Shown: piece by piece, positions 26,854 to 32,000 of the stretch
Layout: every line of letters begins with the position of its first letter
How positions within the stretch are numbered: the first letter of the stretch is position 1
Notes under the pieces: generated by a model
Databases searched by the model: none
What the model saw: the letters and a program-made list of their open reading frames with translations, nothing else
What the model was told of the DNA's origin: nothing
Origin: Promethearchaeia archaeon
Lineage (GTDB): Archaea > Asgardarchaeota > Lokiarchaeia > Sigyniarchaeales > SOKP01
Length of the DNA stretch: 32,000 nt
Reading direction: 5' to 3'
NCBI GenBank assembly: GCA_046497275.1
Contig: JAWOFX010000130.1
Location: 1 to 32,000, forward strand
Made by a program: the position numbers and the translations under genes

Positions 26854-27597
26854 ATGAACCCTTATAAAATTTGTATTGCTATCCCGATTAGATCAAGCAG
26901 CGTTGAGGAAAATAGAAAGGTTCTATTCAAGGTTGAGAATCATTCTCCAGATTTTATTGAACTCCGTTTCGACTATATTCAAGACCCGAACAACTTAACA
27001 TTTGAGTTTATTCGATCTCTATTAGATTATTCCGATATTCCAATGATTTGTACCTTTAGAAAGTATTCTGAAGGAGGTCATTGTAAAATTACAGACTCAG
27101 AGCGTATTTCCATAATAAAAACTATTATTAAGGCTACACCTGAATTCCTAGACATAGAAATGGATAATTCTATTGATTTTATTGAGGAAGTTGTCTCATT
27201 AGCTGCTGAGAAAAATATAAGATTAATATTTTCTCATCATAATTTCACAGACACTCCTAAATTTAAAGATATGCAAAAAATCATTTCTTCCTTTAAATTA
27301 AAATTACATGGTATTCAGAAGATTTATAAGAATTTTTTAAATAATTTTGTCTGGAAATTAATATTTACAGCAAATAAATTTGAAGATAATTTAGAAGTGT
27401 TGAAACTCTGTAATACTATGGCTCATGAGAATGAAAATATCATCTCTTTTTGTATGGGAGAGATAGGAATCTTTTCTCGATTGCTTTCAGTCAAAATGGG
27501 GGGGTTTTTAACCTATGCCTCCTTAGATGATAAAACTGCTCCTGGTCAGATTAATATCGATTACATGAGAAAATTTTATAAGATTTTCCAGAATTAG
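26854..27597 (+). CDS. aroD: Type I 3-dehydroquinate dehydratase
   Basis: DFIELRFD, ICTFR..EGG, LDIE, IFSHHNF..TP, WKLI, SFCMGEIGIFSR, LTYASL..TAPGQI; ATG 26854 preferred to the track start at 26818. Confidence 0.93.
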   Translation: MNPYKICIAIPIRSSSVEENRKVLFKVENHSPDFIELRFDYIQDPNNLTFEFIRSLLDYSDIPMICTFRKYSEGGHCKITDSERISIIKTIIKATPEFLDIEMDNSIDFIEEVVSLAAEKNIRLIFSHHNFTDTPKFKDMQKIISSFKLKLHGIQKIYKNFLNNFVWKLIFTANKFEDNLEVLKLCNTMAHENENIISFCMGEIGIFSRLLSVKMGGFLTYASLDDKTAPGQINIDYMRKFYKIFQN

Positions 27598-27638
27598 GAT
27601 ATACCAAAGAATTAATTATTATTACATTTCAAATATTT

Positions 27639-29141
27639 TTATTCCTTCAAATTGATGATATTTTTTCCGATTTCTTGATCATAATTTATGGGATATTGTT
27701 CTCCTACAAATTCAATTCTTTCCAATTCCGATAATTCCTCATCCGTTCCTTTAATTATTCCAATCGTGTGTTTATTTTTATTTACTCTTCCAATTACGAT
27801 GCCATATTTCCTAGTTCCATCTCTTTCGTAAATTAATGTATAAGCTAATATTTTAATTATTCCATTTGCCTTTTTTATTGGTTCAGCTAATTCTTCATTA
27901 AGTATTTTTTCCTGAACCTCTTTTGTATTTAACTCATCGAAACCTAATTTTGGGGGTTTTTTGCTATATATGCCAAAAGATTGTTTTGTATTATACCCAC
28001 CGTTCGCAATCACCATAATCGTTAAATTTGGATTTTGTTGTATTTTTTCTATTGCTGTTGCGATTGCGTGTAATGAGTAATTACTCCAAGGGCCACCAAA
28101 AAACGGTAATCCCCCCGTGAGAGTTAAAGGTCGATTTTCATTCTCTTTCAAACCTATTTCTTTGGAAATAATTTCCACAATTGATGGAAAGCAGCTATAA
28201 ATATCAAAAATATCAATATTATCTAAACTGAGTCCCGCTTGTTTTAATGCTATTTTTGAACCAATGTTCGCTGCAGGTGAGACAAATAATTTAGCCCTTC
28301 TTGTGATATCAAAAATGTTTTGAAAATCTGATGTTCCCATGAGATACACCCATTTTTGTTTAGGTATTTCCAGTTCTTTAGCAATCTCTTCGCTTATCAT
28401 TAGAACTGCCGCACTTTGATCTACAAACATATTCGAACACATTCTTTTTGTATATGGATAGCAGATCATACGATTATTATGAGAAGGGGTTATAATCTCT
28501 CCTTTGGTATAAGACTTTTGTGTCCATGCATAAGGATTTTGAGCAGCAACGTTAGAAAAGTTTTCAAATAAGATGCCCATCTGATTCCGATGCTGCTTAA
28601 TATTAAGTTCCATTGCTGCTCGATATGCAGTTTCAAATAATGCATATGAGTAAGGGGGGATAATCAAATTATACTTATTTTCAAATTTATTTGTTCCGTG
28701 CCAAATTTGGCCTTCCATATAATCTGGGTCGGCTTTTTTCGGCCATGATAACTTTATTCTCCCTTTTTTGGCTTGATATACGGAATATGATGCTTCTCCC
28801 CCTATAATTAAAATGCATTTTTTCTTTCCATCATAGATTCTTCTAGCAGCTCGATTGACAAGCATTTGCGGAGTATTTCCTCCGTCTGAAAGGTAAGTCT
28901 TTTCATTTGGATTTAAATGTAAAATCTCACTTAATTCACCTGGAGCATCTTGATATGACCACGAATTAATATTAACCATATAAAGTGCATCAATAAATTC
29001 TTTTAAATTTTCTGAATTATTTATGTTAAATGCTTTTTCTGCCGACTTAACCATTAAAGTAAGCGGATCTAACCTTTCTTTTATTGATTTTCGATGCGTA
29101 TATTGTGCTCCACTGATTAATATTGGCCACGTTTTAGTCAT
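27639..29141 (-). CDS. Thiolase-like protein (acetyl-CoA acetyltransferase family) with a C-terminal extension
   Basis: GGNTPQMLV, ILIIGGEA, NPYAW, YPYTKRM..VDQSAA, DIYSCFP, TLTGGLPFFGGP..NYSLHAI. Confidence 0.85.
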   Translation of the reverse strand: MTKTWPILISGAQYTHRKSIKERLDPLTLMVKSAEKAFNINNSENLKEFIDALYMVNINSWSYQDAPGELSEILHLNPNEKTYLSDGGNTPQMLVNRAARRIYDGKKKCILIIGGEASYSVYQAKKGRIKLSWPKKADPDYMEGQIWHGTNKFENKYNLIIPPYSYALFETAYRAAMELNIKQHRNQMGILFENFSNVAAQNPYAWTQKSYTKGEIITPSHNNRMICYPYTKRMCSNMFVDQSAAVLMISEEIAKELEIPKQKWVYLMGTSDFQNIFDITRRAKLFVSPAANIGSKIALKQAGLSLDNIDIFDIYSCFPSIVEIISKEIGLKENENRPLTLTGGLPFFGGPWSNYSLHAIATAIEKIQQNPNLTIMVIANGGYNTKQSFGIYSKKPPKLGFDELNTKEVQEKILNEELAEPIKKANGIIKILAYTLIYERDGTRKYGIVIGRVNKNKHTIGIIKGTDEELSELERIEFVGEQYPINYDQEIGKNIINLKE

Positions 29142-29316
29142 AGTTATTTTAGATCTGTTTTCAAAGGGGTTTGATATTAATTGAAATATTGTGCGATTTA
29201 ATAGATTGACTTATGAAAGCCTAATTTTTAAACTGAATTGCAGAAATCTAAAAGCTAATATGTTCGTATAATTACTATTAACTAGAAAAACTATTATAAA
29301 GAGGATAGTATTTAAA

Positions 29317-30519
29317 ATGGTCGTGTATTTTTCTTTCTTACTTCATATCTATCAACCTCCCACCCAGATTGCCCCCGTTATTAAGCAGATAGCAAAAGAA
29401 TCATATAAACCAATTTTAGGTGCCGTAAAAACTCATCCTGAGGCAAAGATCACGTTAAACATTAACGGGACTTTAGTAGAACAATTATATGACTATGGAT
29501 TTACGGAGATTATTGAAGGAATTACAACACTCGCTTCCAGAGGACAAATTGAACTTACATCATCTGCGAAATTTCATCCCCTTCTTCCATTACTTCCTCA
29601 ACCCGAGATTGAGCGTCAAATCAAATTAAATGATTCCACAAATAGGAACTTTTTTGGGGAGATTTATAGGCCTCGTGGCATTTTTCCTCCTGAAATGGCA
29701 ATTTCAGAGGAGGTTTTACGCACTGTTAGTAATATGGGATTTGAATGGATTATTATGAGTGGAATTGCTAACATTTTGCCAAAATTTCCTACTACATTTA
29801 TATCTCAACATCATAATGCTTTAAGATTATTGTTCCGTGATGATTATATTTCTATCGATTGTGCATTTAACAGGATTAATAATGTAGAAAATTTTGCTAA
29901 TAGATTAAAATATCGAAACACTAGTGAAGATTATTATGTGATCTTGGCAATGGATGGCGAAACTTTCGGTCATCATGTAAAGCATGCTATAGATGATTTT
30001 TTAAATCCTTTATTTGATTTTCTTCCTTCGCGAGAGGATATAAAAATATGTACAATATCTGAAATAGTCGATAAGTTTCCTATAGGTGAGAAACAACAAC
30101 CAAGAGATTCCAGCTGGTCAACTATGCCTTATGATATTGCAAATAACATACCCTTCCCACTTTGGTTCGATCCACACAATAAAATTCATATTGAGCAACA
30201 CAAATTTTTCATGTATGCTCTTACATTGGTTCATCTTACCAATAAATTTAGAGAAAGCATGAATGATGAGAAGAAGCGAATTTTAGACAACGCTCGAAAC
30301 TTACTTGACAGAGGCGTTCATAGTTGTCAGCAATGGTGGGCCTCAAAACGCCCATGGTATTCCCCTGACATGATTATGAGGGGATTAAATGAAATATTAA
30401 TGGCAAGTGTAAATGCTAAAAGAAGTATCCCAGATAACTCCCCAGATATCAAGGAGGCGGCGAAATTAATAATGACTGATATGCTTAAAGCCCATAATAA
30501 GATAATATTATCTCTCTAA
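29317..30519 (+). CDS. Glycoside hydrolase family 57 protein
   Basis: HIYQP, ESYKP, FHPLLP, FPPEMA (catalytic Glu), MDGETFGHH (catalytic Asp), SSW, HSCQQWW. Confidence 0.93.
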   Translation: MVVYFSFLLHIYQPPTQIAPVIKQIAKESYKPILGAVKTHPEAKITLNINGTLVEQLYDYGFTEIIEGITTLASRGQIELTSSAKFHPLLPLLPQPEIERQIKLNDSTNRNFFGEIYRPRGIFPPEMAISEEVLRTVSNMGFEWIIMSGIANILPKFPTTFISQHHNALRLLFRDDYISIDCAFNRINNVENFANRLKYRNTSEDYYVILAMDGETFGHHVKHAIDDFLNPLFDFLPSREDIKICTISEIVDKFPIGEKQQPRDSSWSTMPYDIANNIPFPLWFDPHNKIHIEQHKFFMYALTLVHLTNKFRESMNDEKKRILDNARNLLDRGVHSCQQWWASKRPWYSPDMIMRGLNEILMASVNAKRSIPDNSPDIKEAAKLIMTDMLKAHNKIILSL

Positions 30520-30556
30520 TCTGGTTATTTTATTGAAACCATTCTAATTTCATTAG

Positions 30557-30579
30557 AAAAAAGAAAAAAAGGAAAAAAA
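30557..30579 (-). terminator. T-rich terminator between the convergent zinc-ribbon and GH57 genes
   Basis: A-runs on the + strand (T-runs on the minus strand) right after the minus-strand stop at 30584. Confidence 0.45.
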
Positions 30580-30583
30580 TAAA

Positions 30584-30751
30584 TTATTTCTCGAAAGTCG
30601 AGCCGCAGTTTCCACATTTGATTATCTTTTTGTATACCGGGGTTCCTTGCATACTGTAATAAAGTACCTTGGATTTATCCGGTTCCTCGTGTAACATTCT
30701 CGGATTTTCATTTCCGCATTTCTCACATTTAACTCGCTTATATTCTGTCAA
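30584..30751 (-). CDS. Small zinc-ribbon protein (55 aa), not in the ORF track
   Basis: Manual translation from TTG 30751: MTEYKRVKCEKCGNENPRMLHEEPDKSKVLYYSMQGTPVYKKIIKCGNCGSTFEK*. Two CxxCG knuckles; G-rich SD-like sequence upstream. Confidence 0.85.
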   Translation of the reverse strand: MTEYKRVKCEKCGNENPRMLHEEPDKSKVLYYSMQGTPVYKKIIKCGNCGSTFEK

Positions 30752-30844
30752 AAATATAACCCTAACCTAATTATTATTATACTATTAAGATAGGGTATTA
30801 AAATTTAAATCTAAGTTTTTGAAATATAGTATAAGTTTAAATTC

Positions 30845-31699
30845 TTAAGAATTAATAGTGCTTCTGATTAAATTTTTATAACTCTTATAATTCTTGGCGT
30901 GAATACAATATTTTCTTGTAGCAGGTCCCCACTTCTTATTTTGTCGAATTAAATGTATGAATAAATCTGAATCTGCAATAAAAGTACCTCCCAAAACATC
31001 AACACCTCTCTGAAATATGGGATCTGGTAAAAAACCACCTGTTGGACCCACCATTGAAATTTTTTCCGCATTCTTGGTATATGAGAGAATTTCATCTAGT
31101 GAATCATTTAAAACGGTTGTGCTTGTACATAGAATTTTATTACACGATTTTAATTTTGAAGGATCTAGCGTAATTTCCCAATTTTCTTTTGTTTTAATAT
31201 TGAATTCTTTTTTTTCGATAACAACCAATGGAATATTCATTTTCTCGATTTTTTTAACTAAAGGCGGAAAATATCCCACCATTCCAACTTTATCATCATC
31301 ATTGAGATTAAGTAATCCTAAAGAATCACTTACAAAATCAAATTCATAATTCACTTTCTTAAAAATTGATTGAGAGATTGCATTTATAGCGCCCAATGCT
31401 AAAGTCCTTTCTAATTCCCTTGCTGAATCAAATTTTTTTGCCAAATCTACAGGATTTATTCCTATTAAAGTATTTATATTAATATTAGAAACTTTTTTCC
31501 TGATCTTTTGAGATAAACCAATAAATACGATCCCGATAGATCCATCTTCCAATTTTATAGCGCCAAAATTAGAAAACTTTCTTCTCATGTCTGTAGGAAG
31601 AAATTTAGGGAAAAAAGCATCCGAAATTAAGTCCAAATCAATTTTTTCCTCTATATTCACTACGATTTTAACGAACTCATTTTTTATGACCATAATCAT
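30845..31699 (-). CDS. DUF364 / Rossmann-like domain protein
   Basis: LALGAINAISQ, VGMVGYFPP, ILCTSTTVLNDSLDEIL, MVGPT..PDPIF..GVDVLGG. Confidence 0.85.
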   Translation of the reverse strand: MIMVIKNEFVKIVVNIEEKIDLDLISDAFFPKFLPTDMRRKFSNFGAIKLEDGSIGIVFIGLSQKIRKKVSNININTLIGINPVDLAKKFDSARELERTLALGAINAISQSIFKKVNYEFDFVSDSLGLLNLNDDDKVGMVGYFPPLVKKIEKMNIPLVVIEKKEFNIKTKENWEITLDPSKLKSCNKILCTSTTVLNDSLDEILSYTKNAEKISMVGPTGGFLPDPIFQRGVDVLGGTFIADSDLFIHLIRQNKKWGPATRKYCIHAKNYKSYKNLIRSTINS

Positions 31700-32000
31700 T
31701 ATATCCTAGTTTTTTTTTCTTTTTCTGCCCTCTTCATTTTCACATCAATTTTATGAAGGATTTCCTCTACTATCTCATTTATAGTCTTCTCTGATGTATC
31801 AATAATGATATCAGCAGCTTCCTCATAAAAAGATTTTCTAAAAGTTAAAACTTTTTCTATCTCTTCTCTAACATTCTTTTTATCAATTATTGGTCTTTTT
31901 TCTTTTCCATTTTTTATTATTCTTTCATAGATAATATCGGGAGAAGCTTCTAATAGAACAATATAGCAGTTACGCTTAAGATAATCTATATTAATCTTAT
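31699..32000 (-). CDS. aroK: Shikimate kinase, bacterial AroK type; C-terminal part only, truncated by the window end
   Basis: Manual translation ..CYIVLLEASPDIIYERI..KRPII..RKSFYEEAADIIIDTSEKTINEIVEEI..TRI*. Its stop overlaps the DUF364 start (TAATG). Confidence 0.75.
   Translation of the reverse strand, partial: KINIDYLKRNCYIVLLEASPDIIYERIIKNGKEKRPIIDKKNVREEIEKVLTFRKSFYEEAADIIIDTSEKTINEIVEEILHKIDVKMKRAEKEKKTRI

Noticed and set aside
1224-31349. Short ORFs antisense to or nested in recognised genes (1224, 1467, 2214, 2636, 5162, 6193, 9373, 10454, 14176, 14961, 15457, 16871, 18067, 19934, 24334, 26455, 31017)
   Set aside because: Most overlap well-supported genes, and all lack recognisable motifs; typical shadow ORFs.
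1-32000. Selenoprotein genes (UGA readthrough) and SECIS elements
   Set aside because: The TGA-ending ORFs I checked (7264, 8107, 9267, 15773, secY, rpl11) end at natural protein boundaries or overlap the next gene; no convincing SECIS was seen. A SECIS search was not run.
1-32000. CRISPR array, IS element, integrase or att duplication at the tRNAs
   Set aside because: No periodic direct repeats, transposase or integrase motifs, or duplicated tRNA 3' ends were seen.

Overview
A low-GC (judged by eye), gene-dense archaeal chromosome segment, most likely from an Asgard archaeon of the Lokiarchaeota type. The assignment rests on a tRNA-Sec with a T-loop intron next to SepSecS, a Vps28-like gene, a Sec61alpha-like SecY and an EMC3-like gene. 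No mobile element or CRISPR array is visible. Three tRNA genes are missing from the ORF track: tRNA-Sec(UCA) with one intron, a probable tRNA-Ile(UAU) with three introns, and tRNA-Ser(GGA) with one intron. Housekeeping genes include rpl34e, cmk, rpl14e, rpl11-rpl1-rpl10-rpl12, secY, adk, aroD, a partial aroK, ilvD and rtcA. The most interesting parts are: (1) the triple-intron tRNA with a eukaryote-style UAU anticodon; (2) a same-strand block (5331-12080) of two equal-length coiled-coil proteins, a longin-like plus helical-repeat protein, a zinc-ribbon/Yip1 membrane protein and a Vps28 homolog, which could be an uncharacterised membrane-trafficking module; (3) a Nudix-NMNAT fusion in the reverse domain order to NadM-Nudix; (4) a long structured leader in front of the rpl11 operon. 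All family calls come from motif recognition by eye, with no database searches.
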